A DNA stretch of 64,000 nucleotides from Clostridiaceae bacterium (GTDB lineage Bacteria > Bacillota > Clostridia > Saccharofermentanales > DTU023). The DNA lies in the NCBI GenBank assembly GCA_012838135.1, contig DUPV01000032.1:12591-76590 (forward strand). The letters run 5' to 3'. Positions 48,909-59,770 of the stretch are shown one piece after another. The position numbers and the translations under genes were made by a program. How positions within the stretch are numbered: position 1 is the first letter of the stretch; each line of letters starts with the position of its first letter. The notes below the pieces were generated by a model that saw only the letters and a program-made list of their open reading frames with translations, was not told the origin of the DNA and did no database searches.

Positions 48909-51573
48909 TAATATTGAAAAGAATTTTATACCGCAAGACCGTGAAGACAAAATTTATAATATGTGGCAGGTGAGAGGATGTTTCACTGCTGATCCGCAAT
49001 CCGGTAAAAAACCTTATACAATTGTTATGCCACCACCGAATATTACCGGTGTCCTACATATGGGACATGCCTTAGATCTGACTTTACAAGATACGCTGAT
49101 CAGATTCAAACGGATGCAGGGTTATGAAGTTTTATGGTTACCCGGAACTGACCATGCTTCAATTGCCACTGAAATGAAAATAGTTGAAGCAATGCGCAAA
49201 GAAAACTTAACTAAAGATGATTTAGGGCGTGAAAAATTCTTAATTCGGGCTTGGAATTGGAAAGAGCGTTACGGCAATCAAATTGTTGAACAGATTAAAC
49301 GTATGGGATCCTCATGCGATTGGAGTCGTTTACGCTTTACTATGGATGAAGGTTTATCGAAAGCCGTTGAATATGTCTTTATTAATTTATATAAAAAAGG
49401 ACTGATCTACCGTGGTAATCGTATGATCAACTGGTGTCCGGTCTGTATGACTTCAATTTCCGATGCTGAAGTTGAACATCTTGACCGTCAGGATCAGTTT
49501 TGGCACTTGCGTTATCCTTTGACTGATGGTAGTGGTCATTTGGAAGTTGCTACAACCAGACCGGAAACGATGCTTGGCGATACTGCAGTTGCCGTAAATC
49601 CGTCAGACGGACGTTATCAGAATCTTGTAGGTAAAACCGTAATCTTACCTTTGGTTAATCGTGAAATTCCGATTATTGCAGATGAATATGTGGACCCTGA
49701 ATTTGGCACAGGCGTCGTTAAAATTACTCCGGCTCATGATCCGAATGACTTTGAAGTAGGCTTAAGACATAATCTGGAAGTTATTGATGTTTTAAATGAT
49801 GACGCTACAATAAATGAACTTGGTGGCAAATATCAAGGCTTAACCAGAGAAGATGCCCGGACAAAAATAGTAGAAGATCTGACGAAGGAAGGTTTTCTAG
49901 TAAAAACGGAAAATATTGACCATGCAGTCGGTACCTGTTATCGCTGTAATACAGTAATTGAACCGAAACTTTCTGAACAGTGGTTTGTGGCAATGGAAGA
50001 ATTGGCGAAACCGGCAATTGAAGCGGTAAGATCGGGAGAGATCAATTTTATTCCTGAACGATTTAATAAAACATATTTTCATTGGATGGAAAATATCCGA
50101 GATTGGAATATTTCGCGTCAACTTTGGTGGGGTCATCGAATTCCGGCTTGGTATTGTGAAGAATGTGGTGAAATTACGGTTCCGCAACAACCAGGTCAAA
50201 TTCCAGATTGTTGTGATTCTTGTCAATGCACTCATTTAAGGCAAGACGAAGATACTTTAGACACTTGGTTTTCATCTGCCTTGTGGCCATTCTCGACTTT
50301 GGGCTGGCCGGAGCAAACTGAAGATTTAGATTTTTTCTATCCAACTGATGTTCTGGTAACCGGTTACGATATTATAACCTTTTGGGTATCTCGCATGATT
50401 TTTTCCGGAATTGAACATACCGGAAAAATTCCGTTCCATGATGTTTTGATCCATGGTATAGTGCGTGATGAATTAGGACGAAAAATGTCGAAATCATTGG
50501 GGAACGGTATCGATCCGCTTGAAGTCATTGATCAATACGGTGCTGATGCTCTGCGTTTTGCTTTAGTTGCCGGAGTTGCAGCCGGTAACGACTTACGTTA
50601 TCAAACCGAAAGGATTGAAAACGGGCGTAATTTTATTAACAAATTCTGGAATGCTTTTCGTTTTGTGATGCTGAACATCGAAAATGAAATCAGCTTTAAC
50701 GATTTGGATTTAGATTATAATGATACAGAATTAGCAATTGAAGATAAATGGATTTTGAGCAATTTACAAGATTTAATTAAAGAAGTCTCTTATAATATGG
50801 AGCAATACGATTTGGGAATTGCTTTGACCAAAATTTACAATTTCTTATGGGATAATTTCTGTGACTGGTATATTGAAATGGTCAAAGCACGCTTGCAAGG
50901 AGAGGATCAGCTTTCCAAACTGACAGCACAATCAGTTCTCAACCATGTGCTTTGTCAGTGCATGGCACTCTTACACCCGTACATGCCTTTTGTAACGGAA
51001 GATATTTACAGATCACTTCTGCATAAAGATGGTTTATTAATTAAACAAGCTTGGCCGACAGTTGACGAAAAATTGATTTTCCCGGAAGAGGCTGCCCAAA
51101 TGGAACTCTTAATCGAGGTCATTCATGGTGTACGAAATATCAGAGCGGAGATGAGTGTTCCACATAATCGCAAATCCGGCTTGATGGTTGTTTCAGAATC
51201 TGCGGTTGTACGCTCAACCTTCGAAAATGCGGCCCAAAGTTTAGAAAATCTGGCGGGGATTAATCAAGTGACAATTCACACTGATAATTCTGATATTCCT
51301 GAAACTGCAATTACATTACCATTCAGCGCCGGAACTGCCTATCTGCCTTTAGAAGATTTGATTGATCCGGAAGAAGAGAAAAAGCGACTTGCAAACGAGT
51401 TAGCTAAATATCAAGCTGAAATCAAGAGAGCTGAAAATAAATTATCAAATAAAAATTTCACCGATAAAGCCCCGGAACAAGTCGTTGCCAAGGAGCGACA
51501 AAAACTGGAAGATTATCGCAATATGTATCAACAAACTGAAATCCGCTTAAAATCTTTTCAGACTGACGGATGA
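48895..51573 (+). CDS. valS: Valine--tRNA ligase
   Basis: HIGH-type PPPNITGVLHMGHAL, KMSKS, and a C-terminal coiled coil. 892 aa. The start overlaps the upstream gene by 14 nt. Confidence 0.96.
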   Translation: MKRIDNIEKNFIPQDREDKIYNMWQVRGCFTADPQSGKKPYTIVMPPPNITGVLHMGHALDLTLQDTLIRFKRMQGYEVLWLPGTDHASIATEMKIVEAMRKENLTKDDLGREKFLIRAWNWKERYGNQIVEQIKRMGSSCDWSRLRFTMDEGLSKAVEYVFINLYKKGLIYRGNRMINWCPVCMTSISDAEVEHLDRQDQFWHLRYPLTDGSGHLEVATTRPETMLGDTAVAVNPSDGRYQNLVGKTVILPLVNREIPIIADEYVDPEFGTGVVKITPAHDPNDFEVGLRHNLEVIDVLNDDATINELGGKYQGLTREDARTKIVEDLTKEGFLVKTENIDHAVGTCYRCNTVIEPKLSEQWFVAMEELAKPAIEAVRSGEINFIPERFNKTYFHWMENIRDWNISRQLWWGHRIPAWYCEECGEITVPQQPGQIPDCCDSCQCTHLRQDEDTLDTWFSSALWPFSTLGWPEQTEDLDFFYPTDVLVTGYDIITFWVSRMIFSGIEHTGKIPFHDVLIHGIVRDELGRKMSKSLGNGIDPLEVIDQYGADALRFALVAGVAAGNDLRYQTERIENGRNFINKFWNAFRFVMLNIENEISFNDLDLDYNDTELAIEDKWILSNLQDLIKEVSYNMEQYDLGIALTKIYNFLWDNFCDWYIEMVKARLQGEDQLSKLTAQSVLNHVLCQCMALLHPYMPFVTEDIYRSLLHKDGLLIKQAWPTVDEKLIFPEEAAQMELLIEVIHGVRNIRAEMSVPHNRKSGLMVVSESAVVRSTFENAAQSLENLAGINQVTIHTDNSDIPETAITLPFSAGTAYLPLEDLIDPEEEKKRLANELAKYQAEIKRAENKLSNKNFTDKAPEQVVAKERQKLEDYRNMYQQTEIRLKSFQTDG

Positions 51574-51774
51574 TAGGTAAAAGCTTAAATAGTCGCTTGC
51601 TGAAGATTTTGGGGTGCGAAGAATTGCTTTGGTGAGAAGAACTGCTGAATTGCTATTGATCATCAATTTAATAGATCCAGATTGAAGATTTGGTGTTTTA
51701 GTAATATAATGTGTATATTGATGATTATTAATTTCAAAAGTTTAATTAATAAGTTATTGTAAAGGAGAATTAAA

Positions 51775-52710
51775 ATGGCATTAGTAACAACAGAAAAGAT
51801 GTTTAAAGATGCATACGATGGTGGCTATGCAATAGGCGCTTTCAATGTAAATAACATGGAAATTGTCCAAGGTATCACAGAAGCGGCAAATGAATTAAAT
51901 TCACCTTTGATTTTACAAGTTTCTTCAGGTGCCAGAAAATATGCAAATCATACATATTTGATGAAGCTGGTTGAAGCAGCAGTTCAAGAAACCGATATTC
52001 CGATTGCTTTACATCTGGATCACGGTGATACTTTTGAATTATGTAAAAGCTGTATTGATGGTGGTTTCACTTCGGTTATGATCGATGGTTCACATTTAGA
52101 CTATGAAGAAAATGTTGCTTTAACCAAACAGGTTGTCGAATATGCTCATGCACATGGTGTTGTTGTTGAAGCGGAATTAGGTCGTTTAGCAGGTATAGAA
52201 GATGATATTAATGTATCAGCTGAAGATTCAAGCTATACAGATCCGGATGAAGTTGAAGACTTTGTAACACGTACCGGTTGTGACTCGTTGGCTATTGCGA
52301 TCGGAACCAGCCATGGTGCTTATAAATTTAAACCCGGTACTGATATCAAATTAAGATTTGATATTTTAGATGAAGTAGCGAAAAGACTTCCTGGTTTCCC
52401 AATTGTTTTACATGGTGCCAGCTCAGTAATTCCCGAGTTCGTAGAAATGATCAATGCCAATGGCGGTGCTTTAGAAGATGCGTTAGGTTGTCCGGAACCG
52501 ATGCTCAGAGAAGCAGCACGCAGAGCTGTTTGCAAGATTAATATCGACTCCGATTTACGTTTGGCTATGACAGGTTCAATCAGACGTATCTTTAATGAAT
52601 CTCCTGCAGAGTTTGATCCACGTAAATATTTAGGACCTGCCCGCGATGCTATTCGTGATCTGGTCAGACATAAAATTACCGCTGTTTTGGGTTCTGACGG
52701 CAAAGCATAA
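51775..52710 (+). CDS. fba: Class II fructose-1,6-bisphosphate aldolase
   Basis: ALHLDHGD, VLHGASS and the typical N-terminus GGYAIGAFNVNNME. AAGGAGA RBS is present. Confidence 0.95.
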   Translation: MALVTTEKMFKDAYDGGYAIGAFNVNNMEIVQGITEAANELNSPLILQVSSGARKYANHTYLMKLVEAAVQETDIPIALHLDHGDTFELCKSCIDGGFTSVMIDGSHLDYEENVALTKQVVEYAHAHGVVVEAELGRLAGIEDDINVSAEDSSYTDPDEVEDFVTRTGCDSLAIAIGTSHGAYKFKPGTDIKLRFDILDEVAKRLPGFPIVLHGASSVIPEFVEMINANGGALEDALGCPEPMLREAARRAVCKINIDSDLRLAMTGSIRRIFNESPAEFDPRKYLGPARDAIRDLVRHKITAVLGSDGKA

Positions 52711-52794
52711 AATAATTGAATTGGCTGTCTGGTAATTAATTTGATACAATCAAATTCAGTGCAATAAAAACCCATTAAGAAATTTGAACAATTA

Positions 52795-52840
52795 TGGCTA
52801 TCTCAAAAGAATAATTCTTTTAAGATAGCCATTTTCTTTT
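52795..52840 (+). terminator. Rho-independent terminator after fba
   Basis: 16-bp stem tggctatctcaaaaga (52795-52810) / tcttttaagatagcca (52816-52831) with one mismatch, a 5-nt loop and a T-rich tail. Confidence 0.7.
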
Positions 52841-53093
52841 AAAAAACAACAAAATTGTTTTTTGAAATTTCTCTTGAAAGCTTTATAACTTTATTCTATT
52901 TTTAAAACATATATAATAGATTAATCTTTTACGACTAGACGACAAATCTTTTGACGTATGGAGGGAAAAAAGTGCTCTGGTCAAAATAGAAAAATCGGTA
53001 AACTGAAATTGTATATCATTTCGAATGATGACTTCAATTTGGAAGATTGTTATAATATAAATAATTGATAATGACTTATTTAAGGAACAAATA

Positions 53094-53843
53094 ATGAAAT
53101 CAGATAATTCAAATATTTCAAATTCGAATAACAAACAAAACCTCAATGCTCAAGATTTTAAAAACAATCAAATACCGATTCAAATTAGACGTGTTAATAT
53201 GTCAGCAAACAACTCTGAATCAAAAGATTCTGCGTCAAATAGTATTCTTTCTGATCGCCCGGTCCAACCAGTCGAAATTGAAATGCCCGAAATTGTGGCT
53301 GATGTCTCCGAAATTGAAATGCCGAAAATTATCACCGAACCATTAGAATCAGACCCTGTAGGATCGAATAGAAATGTTGTAAATGAGGATACCATCATAA
53401 AAGAACCTGCTATTCGATTGAATACAGAGACCTTGAAACAATATTTGAAACCTATAGACAAAATTGATTCACAAAATCACAACTTGGCCAGAGATACTGA
53501 GAAACCGTGGGAAATTGATCGCAAAAATGGTTCAAAGGTTTATGAGTTAATTGGTTATACAACTTTGAGTAAAATTCGTCACGGTGTAAAAAAAGAGAAT
53601 CAGCAATCACTATTAAAGAGAATTCTAATCACATTAATGTTATTCGTGATTATTTTTATTATTTTATATGCTATGAATCCGATAAAAGATTTAATTGATT
53701 TCAGAAGAATTATCGGAATCAAAAGTATGTACGGTGAAAATTATATCGATGCAAAAAACAATAATGAATCAAATGCAAAACAAGAAATTTCAGATACAAA
53801 TGCTGAATCTCAAGAATCGACAAATACTGCAGGAGCTGAATAA
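53094..53843 (+). CDS. Hypothetical low-complexity protein with a single C-proximal TM helix
   Basis: 249 aa. The N-terminus is Asn/Ser-rich. It has the internal repeat VEIEMPEIVADVSEIEMPKII and the TM segment ILITLMLFVIIFIILYAM. The extended -10 TGTTATAAT lies at 53048-53056. No family was recognised. Confidence 0.5.
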   Translation: MKSDNSNISNSNNKQNLNAQDFKNNQIPIQIRRVNMSANNSESKDSASNSILSDRPVQPVEIEMPEIVADVSEIEMPKIITEPLESDPVGSNRNVVNEDTIIKEPAIRLNTETLKQYLKPIDKIDSQNHNLARDTEKPWEIDRKNGSKVYELIGYTTLSKIRHGVKKENQQSLLKRILITLMLFVIIFIILYAMNPIKDLIDFRRIIGIKSMYGENYIDAKNNNESNAKQEISDTNAESQESTNTAGAE

Positions 53844-53948
53844 CAGCAAACATATCTAGAGAATACCCTTTGAAAATATAAACCAATAAATATTTCTGAG
53901 GTTTTATTGAAAATATTATTAATATGAGGTTTAACTTTATTTACCCAA

Positions 53949-53992
53949 TCTAACTTCACAAAACTTATATTTTGCGAAGTTAGATTAGTTTT
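53949..53992 (+). terminator. Stem-loop / probable terminator after the hypothetical gene
   Basis: 15-bp stem tctaacttcacaaaa (53949-53963) / ttttgcgaagttaga (53970-53984) with one mismatch, loop cttata, and a T-rich tail ttagtttta. Confidence 0.45.
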
Positions 53993-54316
53993 ATGATAAG
54001 GTTATACGATTTATTAATTTCTTGCAATATCTAATTGTCGTCTTTTATTCTATTTGTATGTTCACTGGATTTTTCTTCTACTTCTTTTCTGTAATGCTTT
54101 TTAGATTGAATCATGAGTTGTTCCTGAATTGTTTTTTTGAGGTTCTTTTTCAGTAGTTAGTCAGAAAAATTTTTAAAATCATCAGTTTCTTTTTTGTTTT
54201 CGTTGAAAATGTTAAGATAGTTTAAAATGATTTGATGATGGAGATATATTTTATTTAGTATTCTTTAAATTAATTCATTTAACTGTAATTGATTTAAAAA
54301 GGATTAATTTTAATCT

Positions 54317-55336
54317 ATGAGAAAACACATCTTATTTCTTTTCAGTAATCGTGAGGCAAAAGTTCGCAAAGGTGTTATCAACACAATCAAGGATTTTTCT
54401 GATAAAAACCGGAATCTGGATATATATTACTTGATCACCCAGCATGCCGACCATTTAAAAGAAATAGTCAGAGATTTTGTTCTCAAATATGCTGAAAAAG
54501 GTATTGTGTTTGTTGCCGGCGGTGATGGCAGCATTAACGAAGCCACTAATGTAATGGCAAATTTGCAGACTGAAACCGCTTTGGGTGTCCTCCCCTTCGG
54601 TACGGCAAATGATTTTTGTAAATTACATTATAAAAAATTTAATTTAGATAATTTGCTAAACGATTTATATAAACTGAAAATCGCTCCGGTTGATCTTTTG
54701 CAACTTACCGGAGACTTACAGCTTATGGGTGATGGTCCGGATACAATTTTCAATGATGATTTGGCATTAATTCAGTCAACCTATGTTATGAATGTTGCGA
54801 GTATCGGACTTGATACTGAAATTCTCAATACGGCTTTTCATTATTTATATAAATTTCCTTGGCTCAAAGGCTCTGCTTATACATTTGCAGTTTTGAAGCA
54901 TTTTTTTGCTTTACATACCAGGGAGTATATTTATTCTTTTGACGGTAAAAATCATCAGATAGATAGTCTGTTGGCCGCTTTCTGTAACGGCGGTTTTTAC
55001 GGTAACGGTTTTAATCCGGCTCCCAGTTGTGACCTGCAGGATAATCTATTAAATTATGTAATTGCTCCTAAATTCAGTCACATTCAATTTGCAAAATTAG
55101 CAATCCATTATAAAAATGGTTCAATTGAAACTCAGAAAGACAAGATAAATATAGGATTATTAAACAAAATATCAGTCAAAGCCGCTGACGGCAAAGCTTT
55201 TATCGGAAATTTTGACGGAGTCATTTTTGCAACTGAGCATTTGCAAATTGACGTTATCCCCCGAAAAATACCGTTTGCTTTTGTTGGAGATTACTCACAA
55301 AGGCTGATTACCGATCAATCGTCGATTATTGACTAA
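54317..55336 (+). CDS. Diacylglycerol/lipid kinase family protein (YegS/BmrU-like)
   Basis: FVAGGDGSINEA (GGDG nucleotide loop) and LPFGTANDF motifs. 339 aa. Confidence 0.85.
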   Translation: MRKHILFLFSNREAKVRKGVINTIKDFSDKNRNLDIYYLITQHADHLKEIVRDFVLKYAEKGIVFVAGGDGSINEATNVMANLQTETALGVLPFGTANDFCKLHYKKFNLDNLLNDLYKLKIAPVDLLQLTGDLQLMGDGPDTIFNDDLALIQSTYVMNVASIGLDTEILNTAFHYLYKFPWLKGSAYTFAVLKHFFALHTREYIYSFDGKNHQIDSLLAAFCNGGFYGNGFNPAPSCDLQDNLLNYVIAPKFSHIQFAKLAIHYKNGSIETQKDKINIGLLNKISVKAADGKAFIGNFDGVIFATEHLQIDVIPRKIPFAFVGDYSQRLITDQSSIID

Positions 55337-55520
55337 TATCAACTAAGATAAAGCAGTAAAACTATAAATATTCTAATGGCAGGGATAATTTTACTCTTTC
55401 GGCAAAATCAACACGTGATCTTATTTTATCTTATTTTAGCCGAAAATCAAACAAATTCAACAGACAATGTTATATTATGTCTTGCCTTCTCAATTAACGA
55501 GCAAATTTATTTACAATTGT

Positions 55521-56468
55521 TTATTCACATTTATTTGAGATGAACTCAATTATTTTTTTACTTATTAGTTCATATTCGTAATCATGCACATAATGAGGGC
55601 AATCCAACTCTATTATTATTCCGCCCTCAACTTTTTCAACATAATTTCGCTGAAAATTTTGCCAAGTTTCTTTTTCATAACCGGTTCCATCTCCATCAGA
55701 TGTAAATAACAAAATTGGGATTTGCGGTACCTCGTTTACAGCTACAATTCTGGCGTTTTCCTTAATATTGGCAGCTTCATTAATCATCGTGGGCGTGGCT
55801 GTTCGATTATAAAAAATCGCTCTGTATATTTCTTTCTCTTCATCAGTAAGTGTTCCATGTTTTATTGCATCACTTTCTGCAAGTCCCGGTATAATTCTTG
55901 TTATGCCAATATTAGCAGCAAATCCGGCTAATTTTAACAAGGGTAACTTAACTTTATAATTCTCATATGCTTGCGGGACTGACATATCTAAACCGATAAT
56001 GGCCGATATTTCTTCCGGGTATTGCTGAGCCCAATATAATGCTTCAATACCGGACATTGAATGTGGACATAAGATATATGGTGCTTCAATTCCGGCAGAT
56101 TTTAATGCTGTTCTTGTATTGTCTAATATTGATGAAATATCTCTTTCCTGATCAACAATATCGCTAAAACCATATCCGAATTTCTCCACTACAACAACTC
56201 TGTATTTATCATTCAATAATGAATATAAAGATTTAAAATCGAAGATCGGAGAACAAGTTCCGCCACCGGACATAAAAATAAGCGTTTGATCACCTGTACC
56301 TTCTGAATAAATGCTCATATTATGTCCGTCAACTTCTACAAGTTGTCCGGGAGGCATAAGTAATTCAGATTCTTTTTTCAGTTGAATGCGATGATTTATA
56401 TATATAAGACAAAGAGAAATAATTAAAATTCCAAGAATAATTAATATTACTTTCTTTATTTTTTTCAT
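55521..56468 (-). CDS. Membrane-anchored alpha/beta hydrolase
   Basis: N-terminal TM anchor (VILIILGILIISLCLIYI), nucleophile elbow HSMSG, and alpha/beta-fold length and pattern. Confidence 0.75.
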   Translation of the reverse strand: MKKIKKVILIILGILIISLCLIYINHRIQLKKESELLMPPGQLVEVDGHNMSIYSEGTGDQTLIFMSGGGTCSPIFDFKSLYSLLNDKYRVVVVEKFGYGFSDIVDQERDISSILDNTRTALKSAGIEAPYILCPHSMSGIEALYWAQQYPEEISAIIGLDMSVPQAYENYKVKLPLLKLAGFAANIGITRIIPGLAESDAIKHGTLTDEEKEIYRAIFYNRTATPTMINEAANIKENARIVAVNEVPQIPILLFTSDGDGTGYEKETWQNFQRNYVEKVEGGIIIELDCPHYVHDYEYELISKKIIEFISNKCE

Positions 56469-56535
56469 GTTTTCTCCGATAAATTATAGTTCGTTTTACT
56501 GACAATACATATGGAATTTAAGCAATAAGTTTCGA

Positions 56536-57375
56536 TCAATCTGCTAAAAAGTTCACATATAATTGGCGCTCCAATACGCTGCCTCTGGCAGGTGACCCAT
56601 AGGGTGAAAAAAACGGCATGTCCGATAAAAACTCGGCTCTTGCTGCTGCTAAATCCGGAGTTTCAAGATCTTCATAATAAAAGGACAAATGCTCAGCATC
56701 AATCTCAATATTTTTGATTGCCGGATGCTCCAATTCACAAGCGGATTGTAAATATGTCCATTGTCCTGAATGTAAAATTGAATCACAATGATTATGAGCA
56801 CTGATATAGAATGCAGGTCCCCTTTTCTTTGCCAAAACCATATCTAAATTGCAGTCTTCATCCACATGCATCATTGTACGCCAGGACAAACGAGATGTAT
56901 TTTTAATAGGATGATGAGCAAAAACAAGCAAAGGTTCATCACCGGTTTGTTCAATTCTTTCTGCCAGCCAAGAAATCGTCCCGGGAGAAATATAACCACC
57001 ATAATTTGAAGAATTTTTGATACGAGATGTTTCTAAATATAAAACATGAAAACCGGTAAAAGATTGGAAATAGTTGCCTTGATAATATGTATTCGGCCAT
57101 TCAGAACGATCATATAATAATAAATCATGATTGCCGGATAAATGATGAAATTTAGTAACTGCCTCCGGATGTTCGTCAATCCAAGCATAAGTATTGTTAA
57201 TTTCTAATTCGGTTCCTGTATGAATCAAATCTCCCAGAGAGATATAAAGATCGGCCGATTTACTAAATAATTGATCTAAAACAAACTTGATATAAAAATC
57301 GTGTACCTTTGCCTTGTCCGCTGAGAATAAACTCGGATCAGTATAATGCAGATCGGAAATAAATCGTATTTTCAC
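56536..57375 (-). CDS. Calcineurin-like metallophosphoesterase
   Basis: Motifs SDLHY, GDLIHTG, GNHD, AHHP and AHNH occur in canonical order. AAGGAGA RBS is present. Confidence 0.85.
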   Translation of the reverse strand: MKIRFISDLHYTDPSLFSADKAKVHDFYIKFVLDQLFSKSADLYISLGDLIHTGTELEINNTYAWIDEHPEAVTKFHHLSGNHDLLLYDRSEWPNTYYQGNYFQSFTGFHVLYLETSRIKNSSNYGGYISPGTISWLAERIEQTGDEPLLVFAHHPIKNTSRLSWRTMMHVDEDCNLDMVLAKKRGPAFYISAHNHCDSILHSGQWTYLQSACELEHPAIKNIEIDAEHLSFYYEDLETPDLAAARAEFLSDMPFFSPYGSPARGSVLERQLYVNFLAD

Positions 57376-57432
57376 ATTGTCTCCTTAAGTTACTATCTCT
57401 TATGTTCTTAGGTTTTCCAAGCAATCATCATC

Positions 57433-58719
57433 TCATTCTTCTTCCAGATCAAAATCCAGCACACATACTAAGATATTATCTACTCTGTATTCATCTATCG
57501 CCAGAACTTTTACGTAGAGATTCTCAATTCGGAAGGCGTCGCCTATTTTCGGAAGTCCGTTAAATCTATCTATCAACCAACCGCTGACGGTATTGTATTC
57601 GCTATCAACTAATTTACGGTCTATATCAAGCTCCAGAGAAAATTCTCTAAGGCTTAAATCTCCACTTACTTCATAAGTTCCATCACCTATTTTTCGTATA
57701 TAGCTACGAACTATGTCGTATTCGTCCCATATGTCCCCTACCAGTTCTTCAACTATATCCTCTACGGTCAAACAACCGGTAGTTCCTCCATATTCATCGA
57801 CAATTATTGCCATAGGCATTTTTTTAGCGTTGAGCACATTAAAGGTTTCAGGCAACTTTTTAGATTCGAAGATAAATACAGGTTTTGCTATCAACTTCAT
57901 AATCAATTTATCTATATCTGAGTAATCGTCATTACCTTTATCAATCAATTTTTCGAGAATACGACTGACATGAAGTATACCTATGATATTATCTATATTA
58001 TCCCTATACACAGGAAGCCTGGTAAAAGGAGAATTTAGTATAATATCCATTATTTCATCTTTGTCGTCATCTATGTCTAAGGCTACCAAATCACGCCTCG
58101 GTGTTATTATCTCGGATGCACTTATTTCGGAAAACTCCAGGGTTAATTGCAACAGGTCAGATTTATCTTTGTCGATAATGCCATCATCTTCGATATGTTC
58201 GATGATTGTGGTCAATTCCTCGACGGTCATTTTTTCCTCGTCTTCGTGCTTCCATTTTGCCGAGAATAATCCTACTATTACCACTACAATCTTGATTACA
58301 GGAGAAAGAATCATCATCAATACTCTGACGGGTAAAGATGCAAATAATGCAAATTGAAAAGGTATGTTTTTTGCAATAATTTTTGGTGTAATTTCTCCAA
58401 ATATAAGTATAATCACGGTGATTATAAGGGTGGCGAGCAAGGTACCTCGTTCGCCCACTAAAGCAATAACCAAAACTGTTGAGATAGAAGTTGCAGCAAT
58501 ATTTACCAGATTATTTCCTATTAAGATGGTAGATAATGTATTATCAAAATTTTCGACTATATAAACGGCAAGACGTGCAGGCATATTCCCCTTTTCTGCC
58601 TTGCTTTTTAATCTCATAAGATTCACGGAAGAAAATGCTATTTCCGAAGCAGAAAAAAAGGCGGAGAATAGGATACATATTCCTATTCCTACATAATGCA
58701 ATATACTTACTTCCGGCAT
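57433..58719 (-). CDS. CNNM/DUF21 family transporter (DUF21 - CBS pair - CorC_HlyC)
   Basis: It has the same architecture as 22741..24171 (SASEIAFSS, ITPRRD, LPVY, IIGILHV, C-terminal transporter-associated domain). The start lies 1 nt after the upstream gene's stop. Confidence 0.85.
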   Translation of the reverse strand: MPEVSILHYVGIGICILFSAFFSASEIAFSSVNLMRLKSKAEKGNMPARLAVYIVENFDNTLSTILIGNNLVNIAATSISTVLVIALVGERGTLLATLIITVIILIFGEITPKIIAKNIPFQFALFASLPVRVLMMILSPVIKIVVVIVGLFSAKWKHEDEEKMTVEELTTIIEHIEDDGIIDKDKSDLLQLTLEFSEISASEIITPRRDLVALDIDDDKDEIMDIILNSPFTRLPVYRDNIDNIIGILHVSRILEKLIDKGNDDYSDIDKLIMKLIAKPVFIFESKKLPETFNVLNAKKMPMAIIVDEYGGTTGCLTVEDIVEELVGDIWDEYDIVRSYIRKIGDGTYEVSGDLSLREFSLELDIDRKLVDSEYNTVSGWLIDRFNGLPKIGDAFRIENLYVKVLAIDEYRVDNILVCVLDFDLEEE

Positions 58720-58720
58720 A

Positions 58721-59710
58721 TTATACCCCTTCCCTTGCCAGATTTTCTCTCGGATTATCTTTTATTTCTCCGATTAGCTCTTCAAGAATATCAGTAAGGG
58801 TTACTATACCTAATTTATTTCTTGAGTCATCGACGACGATGGAGAAATGTATCTTGTTTATACTCAATTCGTTCATTAAATCATCAATCAGCATATCCGG
58901 TTTTGCATAGTAAGGTTTAAGCAATATTTTTTTCAGATTAAAATTTCTATCTGTGAAGAAATTTCTGTAGAATTTCTTTGTTTGCAGCACCCCTATAATA
59001 TTTCCCTCATACCCTTCATAAACAGGATATCTGGAAAATCCGGTATTTTTAAAAATTCTGACTAATTCTTTTTTATCACTGTTAATATCCAGTGACACCA
59101 CATTTTCTATCGGAGTGTAGATATCAATTGCCTTTTTCCTATCAAAGTTTAATGCAGAAGAAATCAGTTGATGGTCTCTCTCACTAATGATTCCTTCTTC
59201 ACCAACATTTTTGACAATTTGAAAAAACTCTTCCTCGTTAATTTCAGGTTCATTTTTTTTAGGAAATAGTCTGGAAAATATAGTTGAAATACCCATGAAA
59301 AACAAACTGAACGGTCTCAAAATCTTTATAAAAAACTTCAAAATGGAAGCTACACTCAAAGCATAATTAAAATTGGACTTACCGTAACTTTTAGGTATCA
59401 TTTCACTAAATAAAAACACTATTAGTGTGGATAATAGTGTTGTCGCGGTCAGATATTCGGCTCCAAAATGTCTTGTTGCGAGTAAGGTTGCGATTGCTGC
59501 AAATCCGTTGTGGGTGAGATTGTTACCTATCAACAAAGTAACTAAAGCTCTGTCAAAATGATCCAAAATATATGTTGCCGTCAATGCTCTTTTATCCCCA
59601 TTATCAGCATAATTTTTAAGCTTAATTTTATTTATGGAAGAATAACTTATCTCGGTAGCTGCACAAAATGAAGCTCCGATTAATAATAAAAACAAAACAA
59701 AAATTAACAT
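58721..59710 (-). CDS. DUF21 - CBS pair protein lacking the CorC_HlyC domain
   Basis: A DUF21 membrane domain (AATEISYSS) and a CBS pair (YPVYEG..NIIGVLQTK; LGIVTLTDILEELIGEI). The protein ends right after the CBS pair. Confidence 0.8.
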   Translation of the reverse strand: MLIFVLFLLLIGASFCAATEISYSSINKIKLKNYADNGDKRALTATYILDHFDRALVTLLIGNNLTHNGFAAIATLLATRHFGAEYLTATTLLSTLIVFLFSEMIPKSYGKSNFNYALSVASILKFFIKILRPFSLFFMGISTIFSRLFPKKNEPEINEEEFFQIVKNVGEEGIISERDHQLISSALNFDRKKAIDIYTPIENVVSLDINSDKKELVRIFKNTGFSRYPVYEGYEGNIIGVLQTKKFYRNFFTDRNFNLKKILLKPYYAKPDMLIDDLMNELSINKIHFSIVVDDSRNKLGIVTLTDILEELIGEIKDNPRENLAREGV

Positions 59711-59770
59711 TCAAAGGTCACTTTTTTACAAATAAATCGCCTTTCAATAAAGTGAAGGATCAACATAGAA

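Noticed and set aside
51598-51700. Loose GAAGA-N-TG-containing repeats after valS and a possible 23-codon GTG mini-ORF (MRRIALVRRTAELLLIINLIDPD)
   Set aside because: The repeats are short and imperfect. The mini-ORF has no RBS. I cannot distinguish this from chance.
54029-54112. 27-codon minus-strand ORF (MIQSKKHYRKEVEEKSSEHTNRIKDDN) with a weak AGGAA upstream
   Set aside because: It is too short and too compositionally simple to support without conservation or expression evidence.
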